Source of the DNA: a candidate division FCPU426 bacterium
Lineage (GTDB): Bacteria > Oederibacteriota > Muellerivitia > Muellerivitales > Muellerivitaceae
Direction of reading: 5' to 3'
Length of the DNA: 64,000 nucleotides
Assembly: GCA_963719085.1 (NCBI GenBank)
Contig: CAVRAL010000001.1
Span: 64,001-128,000 of the forward strand
The notes below the pieces were generated by a model that saw nothing but the letters and a program-made list of their open reading frames with translations, ran no database searches and had not been told where the DNA came from. Positions 27,502-37,468 of this stretch are shown one piece after another; position 1 is the first letter of the stretch; every line of letters starts with the position of its first letter. The position numbers were made by a program, and so were the translations under genes.

Positions 27502-28884
27502 ATGTCGGCCATGAGTGAATCCAAGCGATCCTCCCATCCTTTATCCGCCGCGCCGGGTCTCGCGCTCAAGGCCTCGGGGACCTACGAGGCCTCCTGGAAT
27601 TGGAAGGAAATTTGGGGCGGCTTGGCGTCCCAAGGGACCGCCGTTTATTTAGAAAGCGCGGGTCCGGTGACCGAGGCGAGCCGCTGGTGTCTTTTGGCGG
27701 GAATGCCCCAAGCGGAAGTTTGGGGAAGCGGGACCCAAGTGCGAGGCGCCCGCCCCGGTTCTTTTCAAAAAGAAATCGGCGGCTTTTTTGATTTTTTAGA
27801 CCTGGTGGCTAAAAAAACAAATTCTTTCGGAGTCTTTCCCCAAAGTTTAAGCCAGGCCTGGTTTGGGGCCTTTAGCTACGAGTTCGCCAATCCTTCGCCC
27901 GGCTCCGCGCCGGCCCAACGGCCTGATTTTTATTTTTTTAAACCCGGAAAACTTTGGGTGATCGACCGCCTTCGCCGCGAATGGACCGAATGGGGAGACG
28001 CCGAAGGAATCGGCGCCGGCCCGGCCATGTCAAAACCTTTTCGGGTGAACGGCCTTCAAGCCCACCTAGACGCCGTTTCTTACGGTCGATTAGTGGAAAA
28101 AGCCAAAGCTTACATTGCCCAGGGGGATATTTATCAAGCGAACCTGGCCCAAAAATTCACGGCGCGTTGGGAAGGGGATCCGCTTTCCTTATATGGATTG
28201 CTGGGCGCGGTAAACCCGGGTCCTTTTATGGGCCTGTTTAAAACGCCGCTTTTTACCCTGGTCTCCTCATCACCGGAGAGGCTTCTGCGCGGCCGAGGGA
28301 CCCTTTTGGAAACCCGTCCTATCGCCGGGACCCGTCCCCGGGGATTGAGCCCGGAAGAGGATGTGCGGCTCAAGCAAGAGCTTCAAACTCACCCCAAAGA
28401 ATTGGCCGAGCATCTAATGCTGGTGGATCTCATGCGAAATGATTTGGGGAGGGTGGCCCGCTATGGAACCGTGGAGGTCAAAGATTACGCCCGGGTGGAA
28501 AGTTACGCCAAGGTCCATCATTTGGTTTCGACGGTGGAAGCCCAAACGCGGGAAAAGGTTAAATTTTCCGAGACTTTCAGGTCGATTTTTCCGGGAGGGA
28601 CTATCACGGGTTGCCCCAAAATTCGGTGTATGCAGATTATCGACGAATTGGAAAAAACTCCGCGCCATTTTTATACCGGAAGCCTGGGATATTTGGCGCC
28701 GGGACCGGTCTTCGATTTTAACATCCTCATCCGAAGCTTTACCCTTTGGCCCGAGGGAGACCTTGAGTTTTTCGCGGGGGCCGGTATTGTGGCCGACTCC
28801 GACCCCGAACGGGAGTATCTAGAGACGCTTCATAAAGTGGAGGCCCTGGCCCAAGCCTTGGGCACCTCATTGGTTCCCGCATGA
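27502..28884 (+). CDS. pabB: Chorismate-binding enzyme (aminodeoxychorismate synthase component I / anthranilate synthase I family)
   Basis: YLES, GDIYQANL, SSSPERL, RPIAGTRPRG, AEHLMLVDL.RND, FPGGTITGCPK and GAGIVADSDP. Adjacent to a class IV PLP enzyme and folD. The start may be 27511. Confidence 0.85.
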   Translation: MSAMSESKRSSHPLSAAPGLALKASGTYEASWNWKEIWGGLASQGTAVYLESAGPVTEASRWCLLAGMPQAEVWGSGTQVRGARPGSFQKEIGGFFDFLDLVAKKTNSFGVFPQSLSQAWFGAFSYEFANPSPGSAPAQRPDFYFFKPGKLWVIDRLRREWTEWGDAEGIGAGPAMSKPFRVNGLQAHLDAVSYGRLVEKAKAYIAQGDIYQANLAQKFTARWEGDPLSLYGLLGAVNPGPFMGLFKTPLFTLVSSSPERLLRGRGTLLETRPIAGTRPRGLSPEEDVRLKQELQTHPKELAEHLMLVDLMRNDLGRVARYGTVEVKDYARVESYAKVHHLVSTVEAQTREKVKFSETFRSIFPGGTITGCPKIRCMQIIDELEKTPRHFYTGSLGYLAPGPVFDFNILIRSFTLWPEGDLEFFAGAGIVADSDPEREYLETLHKVEALAQALGTSLVPA

Positions 28885-29762
28885 GCCATCTCCTTTTTAT
28901 AGAAGGGCGACTTCAGCCCGCGGATCAAGCAAAGATTTCTCCTTTAAACGGAAGCACGCTTTTTGGCGAGGGGCTTTTCGAAAGCCTGCCGGTTTACGCG
29001 GGCAAAGCCCTGTTTTTAAAGGATCACTTGGAAAGGCTCCGAAAGGGGTGCCGGTTTTTGGGTTGGCCCATGCCGTCGTTTGGGATTTTCGCGCGGGCGA
29101 TCAGGCTTTTTTACTCCGTTCATTCTTCTGATTTTGTGATTCGCTTCAACCTGACTCAAGAATTTAAAATGCCGGTTCATCCCCGGAGCCGGGGGGAAAA
29201 GACGCCTAAGCTTTGGGCTTTTATCAGGCCCCTCGTCCATGGCGCCGGGGATTTTTGGCCCTTACTGGGCGACGTCGGGATCAGTCCCTGGACCGTTCCT
29301 GCCCCCCAAAGCGCGCCGAACCAATTTAAGTGGGCTTTCTATATGATGACCCGGCAGGCCTACCGAAAAAACTCAAAATGGCGGGAAATGGTTCGAGTCA
29401 ATGGACAAGGTTATGCCGTGGACGGAGGGGGTTCCTCGGTTTTGTGGTTTGACGGCCGCCAAGTTCAGGTGCCGCCCCGCGCCTGGGTGGGGCTGGAAGG
29501 CGTGACTCAGAAAAAAATGACGGCGCTTTGCCGGCAATTGGGAATTAAAGTAGTTGAAAAACCTTGGCGTCCCGACTGGGTACTTCGCCGGGGGGAGCTT
29601 ATTTTCGCGGGCTCCGGAGTGGGGATATTGGGCGCCACTAAGCTTCAAGGAAAAAGCCTCAAGTCGTCCCATTCCCTGGCGCTTCGACTTTGGCAACATT
29701 ACCGTCAATGGGCCCTCCGCCCTGATCGCTTTGAAGGCCTAAAGTTGATCGAAAAACCCTAA
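28881..29762 (+). CDS. pabC: Aminotransferase class IV (probable 4-amino-4-deoxychorismate lyase), divergent
   Basis: FGEGLFESL, HLERL and LEGVT motifs. ATGA overlap with pabB. Confidence 0.75.
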   Translation: MSHLLFIEGRLQPADQAKISPLNGSTLFGEGLFESLPVYAGKALFLKDHLERLRKGCRFLGWPMPSFGIFARAIRLFYSVHSSDFVIRFNLTQEFKMPVHPRSRGEKTPKLWAFIRPLVHGAGDFWPLLGDVGISPWTVPAPQSAPNQFKWAFYMMTRQAYRKNSKWREMVRVNGQGYAVDGGGSSVLWFDGRQVQVPPRAWVGLEGVTQKKMTALCRQLGIKVVEKPWRPDWVLRRGELIFAGSGVGILGATKLQGKSLKSSHSLALRLWQHYRQWALRPDRFEGLKLIEKP

Positions 29763-29880
29763 TAAAAGCCTAGGGACCTAAGGTCCCCGAAAAAGCCTGA
29801 GATTCTTGCCTTGTTTAGCAAGGCGGGATGGCTAGAATGACCCGCGGACCATACCGATTTAATAAGGCCAGGGGTGACCT

Positions 29881-30729
29881 ATGTCTTTGATTTTGGACGG
29901 GAAAATCGCCGCCCAAGCCGTAAAAGACGCTTTGAAAAGAGACTTGGGAAAGATCAACGGCGGCGCTGTTCCAGGGCTTGCCGTGGTTTTGGTCGGCGAT
30001 AATCCCGCCTCAATTGTTTATGTGGGAATGAAAAAAAAAGCTTGCGAGGCCCTGGGCTATTACTCGCGGGAAATCAAACTTCCCCGGGAAACCAGCTTGG
30101 ACGAACTGCTTCAAGCGGTCTCCGGGCTTAACGCGGATCCTCAAATCCACGGAATCCTGGTTCAGCTTCCCTTGCCGCCGCATCTTGACGCGGACCGGGT
30201 GATTAACGCTTTGGATCCCCGCAAGGATGTGGATGGGCTGCATCCCTCGAATTTGGGAAAACTATTGGCTGGGGAAAAAGGATTGAGGCCCTGTACCCCT
30301 TTAGGCGTCATGGTCTTACTCGATCATTTTAAAATTCCCGTGGCCGGGAAAAGGGCGGTGGTGATCGGGCGCAGTAATTTGGTGGGAAAGCCGGTGGGAC
30401 TTTTACTTTTGGAAGCCAATGCCTCGGTTACTTTTTGCCATAGTAAAACATCGGATTTGACCGAAGTGGTCCGTCAAGCCGAAATCGTGGTGGCGGCCAT
30501 CGGAAAGCCGTTGTTTGTGAAAGCGGAAATGATCAAACCAGGCGCGGTGGTGGTGGATGTGGGAACTTCCAAGGGAAGTGATGGTAAATTATTAGGGGAT
30601 GTGGATTACGGGCCGGTTTCCCAAGTGGCCTCGGCGATCAGTCCCGTTCCGGGAGGGGTGGGGCCCATGACTATCGCCCTTCTTTTAAAGAACACTTTTC
30701 AAGCTTTCCGGGAGCAAACAGGCTTTTGA
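29881..30729 (+). CDS. folD: Methylenetetrahydrofolate dehydrogenase/cyclohydrolase
   Basis: YVGMK, GILVQLPLP, KDVDGLHP, PCTP, GRSNLVGKP and PVPGGVGPMT. Confidence 0.99.
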   Translation: MSLILDGKIAAQAVKDALKRDLGKINGGAVPGLAVVLVGDNPASIVYVGMKKKACEALGYYSREIKLPRETSLDELLQAVSGLNADPQIHGILVQLPLPPHLDADRVINALDPRKDVDGLHPSNLGKLLAGEKGLRPCTPLGVMVLLDHFKIPVAGKRAVVIGRSNLVGKPVGLLLLEANASVTFCHSKTSDLTEVVRQAEIVVAAIGKPLFVKAEMIKPGAVVVDVGTSKGSDGKLLGDVDYGPVSQVASAISPVPGGVGPMTIALLLKNTFQAFREQTGF

Positions 30730-31373
30730 ATCCCAAGCGGCGAAGGAACAAACCAATCCCACGTTTGATCACCCGAGTGGTGGGATTGACTGGCGGGATG
30801 GGGGCCGGTAAAAGCGAGGTTCTTCGGATTCTTAGCGGAATGGGCGCGTCTGTTTTGCAGGCGGACCAGGTGGGGCACGCGCTTTTAAGGGACCGACGGT
30901 TTTCAAAAATTTTGGCGGCTCGGTTTGGGAAAAGTATATTGGACGCCCAGGGCTTGGTAGACCGCCAAAAATTGGGCGCGATTGTTTTTAAAAGCGCGGG
31001 CAAAAGAAAAACGCTTAACCAACTTTTACACCCAGCGATACGTCAAAAAATAAAGCGTTGGGCGGTTGATCGTCAAAGATTGGGAAGCCGGCCGCCTTTT
31101 TTAGCCGTGGTTGAAATACCCTTGTTGTTCGAGGGAAAGGGATATCCTTATCTGGAAGGGGTCTTGAGCGTTTCCGCCCCTTCCAACGTGCGGCACCGAA
31201 GGTTATTGGGCCGGGGTTGGAACAAAAGCGAGATTTTAAGGCGGGAAAAAGGTCAATGGGCCCAGGCGCGAAAAGACAAGCGGGCCCATTGGGTTATCCA
31301 AAACAACGGAAGCCTTCCGGAGTTGAGGAAAAAAGTGAAGTCGTGGCTGAGGCAAATCGAGAAAAAAACGTAA
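30726..31373 (+). CDS. coaE: Dephospho-CoA kinase
   Basis: VGLTGGMGAGKS, DRQKLG.IVF, LLHPAI, EIPLLFE and IQNNGS. The start is uncertain. Confidence 0.94.
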   Translation: MNPKRRRNKPIPRLITRVVGLTGGMGAGKSEVLRILSGMGASVLQADQVGHALLRDRRFSKILAARFGKSILDAQGLVDRQKLGAIVFKSAGKRKTLNQLLHPAIRQKIKRWAVDRQRLGSRPPFLAVVEIPLLFEGKGYPYLEGVLSVSAPSNVRHRRLLGRGWNKSEILRREKGQWAQARKDKRAHWVIQNNGSLPELRKKVKSWLRQIEKKT

Positions 31374-31379
31374 AGGCCG

Positions 31380-32846
31380 ATGGAACCAATATTAAACCGT
31401 CTTAATCAATTAAATGGTCCCCAGCGCTGGATCCTGGTTCTTTTGGCGGCCTTGGCCGCTACCTTGGCCTTCGTGACCATGGCCTTGCACGAGGGGAACC
31501 CGGTCCCGGCTTTCCTATTGTTTTATCTTCCTTTGGGATTGTCGGCCATCCTGCTTAATTTGAACGTGGCCATGGTTCTTTCGGGGATTGTGGCGTTGGT
31601 TTTAACCGTCAATAATTCGGTGACGTCCGCCCCGACTTGGGTTCTTTTTATTTTTCTCGTCAGCCTGGCCCTCAACTTTTTTTTACTTAAAAAATGGACC
31701 CGGGCGTTGGAAGTGGACCGGTTTCAATACCAGAAAAACTTGGATCTGCTGGACTTGGAGCGCAATGACGGCCAGATCGCTTTCGACAAAATCCAGAAGG
31801 CCTATCAATCCAACCAGATCAAAATCCAGCGCTATACGGCCCTCAATGAGTTGGCCCGCAGCTTGGCAGTTACCTTTAAGAGCCAGGATGTCATCATCCT
31901 GCTGGTGGAAACCATCTCCAAAACCTTCATGGTGCAGGGCGGCGTCTATACCTTGCTGCTTTTCGACAGCAGTATCGGCAAGGCGGTTCATGTGGTGCGC
32001 TACAGTGTGGACACGGATATGGAAGTGCGTCTCAATCGGGAACGGTTAAACCGCTCGGAGCCTTTCAACGCCTGGGTCATCGCCCAGGCCAAAAACCTTT
32101 TCGTCAATGACGCCAGCAGCGACTTCCGGTTTCAAAATTTCGCCGCGGAGTCCAAAATTAAAAGTCTGGTGGCGGCGCCTTTCCTGGCGGGCAATGAGAT
32201 GCTGGGTTTGGTGCGTATGGAAAGCAATGTGCCGGGTGTTTTTAGGCAGGATGACGCCAGGCTTCTTTCCAATTTCGCTGATTTGGGAACGGTGGCGCTG
32301 GAACACGTGGCCCTTTACCGCCAAACCATCGAACTGGCGATCACGGATGGCTTGACCGGCCTTTATGTCCAGCGCTATTACAAAGAGCGGGTCCGTGACG
32401 AGGTTTTCCGCGCGCTGGAGCATCAATTTCCCCTTTGCGTTTTGATGATCGATGTGGACCACTTCAAATCCTACAACGACCGTTACGGGCATTTGGTGGG
32501 GGACCGGGTTCTGAAGTGCGTGGCTCAAATTTTAAAAGAGACCATTCGAACGGTCGACTTGGCGGCGCGGTATGGCGGCGAGGAATTTTCGGTTTTGCTT
32601 TTAAAGACTCCCTTGGATGGGGCTGAAAAAGTGGCCGAGCGCATCCGTCAAAAGGTGCAGGAACAGGAAGTGTTGGCGGCCAAGCAAGTGACCCATGTGA
32701 CGGTCAGCATTGGGGTGGCGGAGCTCAATCCGACCCTTAAAAATGTGGAGGCTTTTATCGATTTCGCCGACCAGGCCCTTTATCTAGCCAAGGCGGCGGG
32801 CCGCAACCGCGTTCGTTTGGCGAAACTAGGACAGAGCCATGATTGA
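31380..32846 (+). CDS. Membrane-anchored GAF-GGDEF diguanylate cyclase (GGEEF, RxxD I-site present)
   Basis: N-terminal TM helices, GAF domain, TDGLTGL, DVDHFK.YND.YGH..GD and RTVD-LAARY-GGEEF. Confidence 0.95.
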   Translation: MEPILNRLNQLNGPQRWILVLLAALAATLAFVTMALHEGNPVPAFLLFYLPLGLSAILLNLNVAMVLSGIVALVLTVNNSVTSAPTWVLFIFLVSLALNFFLLKKWTRALEVDRFQYQKNLDLLDLERNDGQIAFDKIQKAYQSNQIKIQRYTALNELARSLAVTFKSQDVIILLVETISKTFMVQGGVYTLLLFDSSIGKAVHVVRYSVDTDMEVRLNRERLNRSEPFNAWVIAQAKNLFVNDASSDFRFQNFAAESKIKSLVAAPFLAGNEMLGLVRMESNVPGVFRQDDARLLSNFADLGTVALEHVALYRQTIELAITDGLTGLYVQRYYKERVRDEVFRALEHQFPLCVLMIDVDHFKSYNDRYGHLVGDRVLKCVAQILKETIRTVDLAARYGGEEFSVLLLKTPLDGAEKVAERIRQKVQEQEVLAAKQVTHVTVSIGVAELNPTLKNVEAFIDFADQALYLAKAAGRNRVRLAKLGQSHD

Positions 32847-34242
32847 AAAAACCCAAAAAATTTGGGGCGGCCTACTGGGTCTGGCGGTTTTGGGATTGGG
32901 GGCGCTGCCGGGGGCGGGAGCTTATCTTTTACGCGCGCCGATTCTTTTTATGGTTCCCTTGGGTTATTTTTGGCCGGAAGCGGGTTTGTGGTTTTTGGGG
33001 ACTTATACGATTGGGATCGTGGCGGAAAAGGCCATGAACTTGCCCGCGCTGGCGGATGTCTGGATTTTTCCGGAATTCTTGGCCGCCGGGATTCTTTGGA
33101 CCATTCCTTTTATCCTCCGAAGCACCCACCTCGCCCTTCGACGCGAATTCGAAGGACGAATTCAAACCCGAAAGGACGCGTTTTCCGAATTCTTCTCAAA
33201 TTCGGAGAAGATCAAAAAAGAAAATTCCCTACTCGAGAAACAGCTTCGAAACATTGAGCATCTTTATGACGTGATTAAAGAAGCGGGAACGACCCTCAGC
33301 GTCCAGGAAATGCTGGAGGTGGCCCGCGAGTTCACCGAACGCATGTTCAATTTGCCCCATTTTCTCATCGGCGTGCTTTCCAGCGAGGGAAAGCGGTTTG
33401 ATATCCGGGTGGCCTCAGGTTGCGACGAGACTTTTTTCCGTTCCTTTGAGATTGAGCTGGAATCGGGGAGCTTGGGAGCGGTTTTTGCCCGAGAAAAGAA
33501 AGTTCATTGGATCACCGACTTTTCGGCCGATGAGCGTTTATCCAAGATCAAGCATCTTCCGGTTGGCGCGCTGGCTTTTTTCCCCTTTGTGGTGCAGGAC
33601 CGGGTGATCGGCTTTTTATGCACCTTTAGCCCCAAGGGATCAACCTTTGATCCGGAGACGCTTAATAATTTGGAGGTTTTTTGCAATCAGATTTCTATCG
33701 GGCTTCAGAAGTCGCTTCTTTACGAGAAGGTTCAAAAGCTTTCGATTACGGATGGACTGACCAAGCTTTATTCCCACCGCTATTTCAAGCAGCGCTTGGA
33801 AGAAGAATTGATTTTGGCCAACCGTTATTCGTCTCAACTGAGCCTGTTGATTTTGGATATCGACCACTTCAAGCATTACAACGATACTTATGGCCACGTG
33901 GCGGGCGACCATGTTTTGATGGAAGTGGCGAAGATTCTTAAGAGCCAGTCGGACGTCACCCATTTGGTGGCCCGTTATGGCGGGGAAGAGATGGTCCTCA
34001 TCGCCTCCGAGACGACGAAGGATCAAGCGGTGGAACTGGCCGAAAAAATCCGAAAGGCCATCGAAAGCTATACCTTTGTCATCGGAAAAGAATCCACAGG
34101 GGTGACGGTTTCGGTGGGGGTGGCGACTTTTCCCAATGATGCCAAAACGAACCTGGATTTGATTGGAAAAGCCGATAAGGCCCTTTATGCGGCCAAAGAG
34201 AAGGGGCGTAACCAGGTTGTGGCCTATCCCTTACCGGGATGA
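32839..34242 (+). CDS. Membrane-anchored GAF-GGDEF diguanylate cyclase (GGEEM, no I-site)
   Basis: N-terminal TM helices, coiled coil, GAF domain, TDGLTKL, DIDHFK.YNDTYGH..GD and ARYGGEEM. Confidence 0.93.
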   Translation: MIEKTQKIWGGLLGLAVLGLGALPGAGAYLLRAPILFMVPLGYFWPEAGLWFLGTYTIGIVAEKAMNLPALADVWIFPEFLAAGILWTIPFILRSTHLALRREFEGRIQTRKDAFSEFFSNSEKIKKENSLLEKQLRNIEHLYDVIKEAGTTLSVQEMLEVAREFTERMFNLPHFLIGVLSSEGKRFDIRVASGCDETFFRSFEIELESGSLGAVFAREKKVHWITDFSADERLSKIKHLPVGALAFFPFVVQDRVIGFLCTFSPKGSTFDPETLNNLEVFCNQISIGLQKSLLYEKVQKLSITDGLTKLYSHRYFKQRLEEELILANRYSSQLSLLILDIDHFKHYNDTYGHVAGDHVLMEVAKILKSQSDVTHLVARYGGEEMVLIASETTKDQAVELAEKIRKAIESYTFVIGKESTGVTVSVGVATFPNDAKTNLDLIGKADKALYAAKEKGRNQVVAYPLPG

Positions 34243-34291
34243 AAAGCGCGTTTGGGCCTTCACGGACGGGTGAAAGAGGGATAAATAAGGG

Positions 34292-34320
34292 TTGACACCT
34301 TTAAAGGCCATCGGTAACAT
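34292..34320 (+). promoter_or_regulatory. Sigma70-type promoter of rho
   Basis: TTGACA-N17-TAACAT, about 310 nt upstream of the rho ATG. Confidence 0.75.
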
Positions 34321-34629
34321 TTATTCACTGCATAAGACGTCTCGGTTTTATCCTCTATAATTCCCAATGGATTGACCCCCAAACGCTCATTTTTACCTCA
34401 ACTCAACAAACTAAAGGGAACTTTGATTTTGGCTGGTTTTAAACGCGGGTTGTCCAGTTTTGTTCTTCAGGAAAAAAGCAAAGACTCAAGCAACAGGAGC
34501 CCCATTTCAGCGGCCCGAACTTTAGGGCCGTTTTTCCAAGGTTTCCCGTTGAAATCATCACCCTCATTTTAAGCCTTTTCGCCGGAGCGGTTCAAACCGG
34601 GCGAAAATTTTGAAAGGACTCAAGGTTTT

Positions 34630-35889
34630 ATGGATATTGCGGATCTGAAAAAAAAGACAATCGCTGAATTGACCCAAGTGGCCCGGGAACTCAATCTGGA
34701 GGAGGTCGGGTCGCTGAAAAAGCAGGATCTTATCTTCAAAATCCTGGAAACCCAGACCCAGCGCAACGGCGTGATCAACGCTGAGGGCGTCTTGGAAATC
34801 CTGCCGGATGGTTTCGGCTTTCTGCGTTCCGCCAATTACAATTATCTGCCGGGCCCGGATGATATTTATGTTTCCCCCTCGCAAATCCGCCGGTTTAACT
34901 TAAGGACCGGGGACACGGTTATGGGCCAAGTGCGGCCCCCCAAGGAAGGCGAGCGTTATTTCGCCCTGCTCAAAGTCGACAGCATCAACTTTGAGCCGCC
35001 GGACGCGATCAAGCATAAAATTCTTTTCGACAACCTCACCCCCATTTATCCCAACAAGCGTATTTGGCTGGAAACCTCCCCGGATGATCTTTCCATGCGG
35101 GTGATGGATCTTTTGATCCCTTTGGGAAAAGGCCAGCGCGGTTTGATCGTGGCGCCGCCCCGGACCGGGAAAACCATCCTGCTCCAGAAAATCGCCAACA
35201 GCATCGCCAAAAATCATCCGGAAGTTTATTTGATCGTCCTTCTGATTGACGAGCGTCCGGAAGAAGTCACCGACATGCAGCGCTCGGTGAAGGGCGAAGT
35301 GGTTTCTTCCACCTTTGACGAGCCGCCAGAACGTCATGTGACGGTGGCGGAAATTATCATCGAAAAAGCCAAGCGCTTGGTGGAACACAAAAAAGACGTG
35401 GTAATTCTTTTGGACTCCATCACTCGGTTGGGCCGGGCTTACAACACGATCGTGCCCTCGTCGGGTAAGGTGCTGTCGGGCGGCGTGGACTCCAACGCGC
35501 TTCAACGCCCCAAGCGCTTTTTCGGCGCGGCTCGCGACATTGAAGAGGGCGGTAGCTTGACCATCATGGCTACGGCCTTGATCGACACCGGAAGCCGCAT
35601 GGATGAAGTTATTTTTGAAGAGTTCAAGGGAACGGGCAACATGGAAATTATCCTGGACCGTAAACTCGCGGATCGCCGCGTTTTCCCGGCCTTTGACGTA
35701 ACCCGGTCAGGAACCCGGCGCGAGGAACTCTTAATGACCGAAGAGGAGTTGAACAAGGTCTGGATTCTTCGAAAAATATTGAACCCCAACAATCCGGTGG
35801 AAGCCATGGAGTTTCTCTTGGATAAGATGAAACGCACCAAGTCGAATAAGGCCTTCTTGGAAGCCATGAAGGGCAGTGCCGGCGAATAA
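34630..35889 (+). CDS. rho: Transcription termination factor Rho
   Basis: [48 protein letters not shown] and [11 protein letters not shown]. Confidence 0.99.
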   Translation: MDIADLKKKTIAELTQVARELNLEEVGSLKKQDLIFKILETQTQRNGVINAEGVLEILPDGFGFLRSANYNYLPGPDDIYVSPSQIRRFNLRTGDTVMGQVRPPKEGERYFALLKVDSINFEPPDAIKHKILFDNLTPIYPNKRIWLETSPDDLSMRVMDLLIPLGKGQRGLIVAPPRTGKTILLQKIANSIAKNHPEVYLIVLLIDERPEEVTDMQRSVKGEVVSSTFDEPPERHVTVAEIIIEKAKRLVEHKKDVVILLDSITRLGRAYNTIVPSSGKVLSGGVDSNALQRPKRFFGAARDIEEGGSLTIMATALIDTGSRMDEVIFEEFKGTGNMEIILDRKLADRRVFPAFDVTRSGTRREELLMTEEELNKVWILRKILNPNNPVEAMEFLLDKMKRTKSNKAFLEAMKGSAGE

Positions 35890-35892
35890 CCC

Positions 35893-36822
35893 ATGATGGT
35901 CTTTTGGCGGAGGGTGACCCTTACCGTTGTGACGGTCCTTTTGTTCTTATGGCTGGGACTGGTGGTTTGGGTTGTCCGTCAGAATATTCCGACGCGGGTG
36001 GCCGCGGCGGTCGCGCCAGTCCCTTCGCCAAACTCCGGGTCCCAGGGTTGGGCGCCTTTATTTAATATTCCCGGGATCGAGTTTTTGGTTTACTCCGTTG
36101 AGCCCCACGACACTTATTTGTCCATTGCTAAAAAATTCAAACTATCCGAAGAAACGGTCCGTAGTTTGAACCAAGCCAATAATGGCTCGGCCGTGCCTCC
36201 CAACGCCTCCCTTTTGATTCCATCCCAAGATGGTATTTTTCATATCGTGGGCCCCGGCCAGGGGCTTTCGGACATCGCGCGGGCTTACAACATTCCTTTG
36301 AAATCAATTTTGGAAGCCAATCATTTGTCCGGGGACGCGGATGTGAAATTAGGGCAGGCGCTTGTTTTGCCGGGAGCGGCTTATCTTTCCCAGTCGGATG
36401 ACCATTGGATGGCCTTAAAAGCCTTGGAAGACGAGAAGGGTTTTCTGAAGCCCACCTCCGGGAGGTTCGCGGACGGGTTTGGACCCCGGATTAACCCGAT
36501 CAGCGGTAAAAAAGAATTTCACCCAGGGCTCGATTTGGCGCCCGGCTGGCGGGCCCGGGTGGTGGCCGCCCAAAATGGCGAGGTCCTATTCGCTGGCATT
36601 CGGGCGGGTTACGGGAGACTGATCATTTTGGATCACGGCAATGGGCTGACCTCACGCTACGGCCATTTGGACCAAATTTTGGTGAAACTACATCAAACGG
36701 TCCTAAAAGGGGATCTGATCGGCCGGGTGGGGATGACCGGAATGGCCACGGGGCCGCATCTTCATTTTGAGGTCCGGTTGAACAATGTGCCGCAAAACCC
36801 CCTGCTTTACTTGACTCAATAA
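35893..36822 (+). CDS. LysM-LysM-M23 peptidoglycan endopeptidase
   Basis: N-terminal TM helix, two LysM repeats, and intact M23 Zn ligands (HPGLD, YGHL, HLHFE). Confidence 0.92.
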   Translation: MMVFWRRVTLTVVTVLLFLWLGLVVWVVRQNIPTRVAAAVAPVPSPNSGSQGWAPLFNIPGIEFLVYSVEPHDTYLSIAKKFKLSEETVRSLNQANNGSAVPPNASLLIPSQDGIFHIVGPGQGLSDIARAYNIPLKSILEANHLSGDADVKLGQALVLPGAAYLSQSDDHWMALKALEDEKGFLKPTSGRFADGFGPRINPISGKKEFHPGLDLAPGWRARVVAAQNGEVLFAGIRAGYGRLIILDHGNGLTSRYGHLDQILVKLHQTVLKGDLIGRVGMTGMATGPHLHFEVRLNNVPQNPLLYLTQ

Positions 36823-36921
36823 ATCCTGAAAAGACCCTGGCAAACCCCGGAATTTCAAAGAATTATTAAGGTTTCCCGCCTCGCCCAGTGGCCTTATTTC
36901 CGGGTCTTTTGAGGGTTCGAG

Positions 36922-36949
36922 TTGCTTTTTTTAGGTTTTTGAATAAACT
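36922..36949 (+). promoter_or_regulatory. Possible sigma70 promoter of rpmE
   Basis: TTGCTT-N16-TAAACT, about 85 nt upstream of the ATG. Confidence 0.4.
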
Positions 36950-37034
36950 ATGCCCCTTGCCATTTGGACGTTTGATTTTTATTATCCGTTGGATGGTAAA
37001 AACGATTAAGAAGCAAAGAAATTGGAGCCGCTGA

Positions 37035-37352
37035 ATGAAAACCGAAATTCATCCGAAATATTTTAAAACGAAGATCAACTGCCTTTGCGGAAACGTCATT
37101 GAGACCGCTTCCACGAAGAGCGAGTCTTTTAGCGTTGAAATTTGCTCCGCTTGCCATCCTTTCTTCACCGGCAAGGTGAAATTGCTGGACATGGCCGGCC
37201 GGGTTGAGAAGTTCCAAAAGAAGTCTGCGACCGCCGCCAACGTTCAGGCTGAGTCCAAGGCCCGCGAGGAAGCCAAAGCCGTGGCCGCCGCCGCCAAGAA
37301 GGCCAAGCGACAAGCCGCGCCTCCGACTGCGCCGCCCGAAAGCTTGTCCTAG
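37035..37352 (+). CDS. rpmE: 50S ribosomal protein bL31 (Zn-binding type) with Ala/Lys-rich C-terminal extension
   Basis: [24 protein letters not shown] and GRVEKF. Confidence 0.97.
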   Translation: MKTEIHPKYFKTKINCLCGNVIETASTKSESFSVEICSACHPFFTGKVKLLDMAGRVEKFQKKSATAANVQAESKAREEAKAVAAAAKKAKRQAAPPTAPPESLS

Positions 37353-37371
37353 CCACTTTTTTTAAAATTCT

Positions 37372-37418
37372 AAAACCCCCTTCTTTCTTCGGTTATGGAA
37401 AAGGGGGTTTTCTTTTTT
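37372..37418 (+). terminator. Intrinsic terminator after rpmE
   Basis: AAAACCCCCTT...AAGGGGGTTTT stem followed by CTTTTTT. Confidence 0.75.
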
Positions 37419-37468
37419 GCCCCACGCCTTTTAAAAACACGCTTATCTCATAAAAGAAACGGTCTTCC

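Noticed and set aside
29763..29880. ZTP or THF riboswitch upstream of folD
   Set aside because: Two hairpins are present (29773-29787, 29804-29828), but they lie upstream of the likely -10 (TAGAAT) and lack the conserved aptamer sequences.
34372..34572. 66-aa ORF in the rho leader
   Set aside because: TTG start without an SD and atypical composition; better explained as untranslated leader, although a uORF is not excluded.
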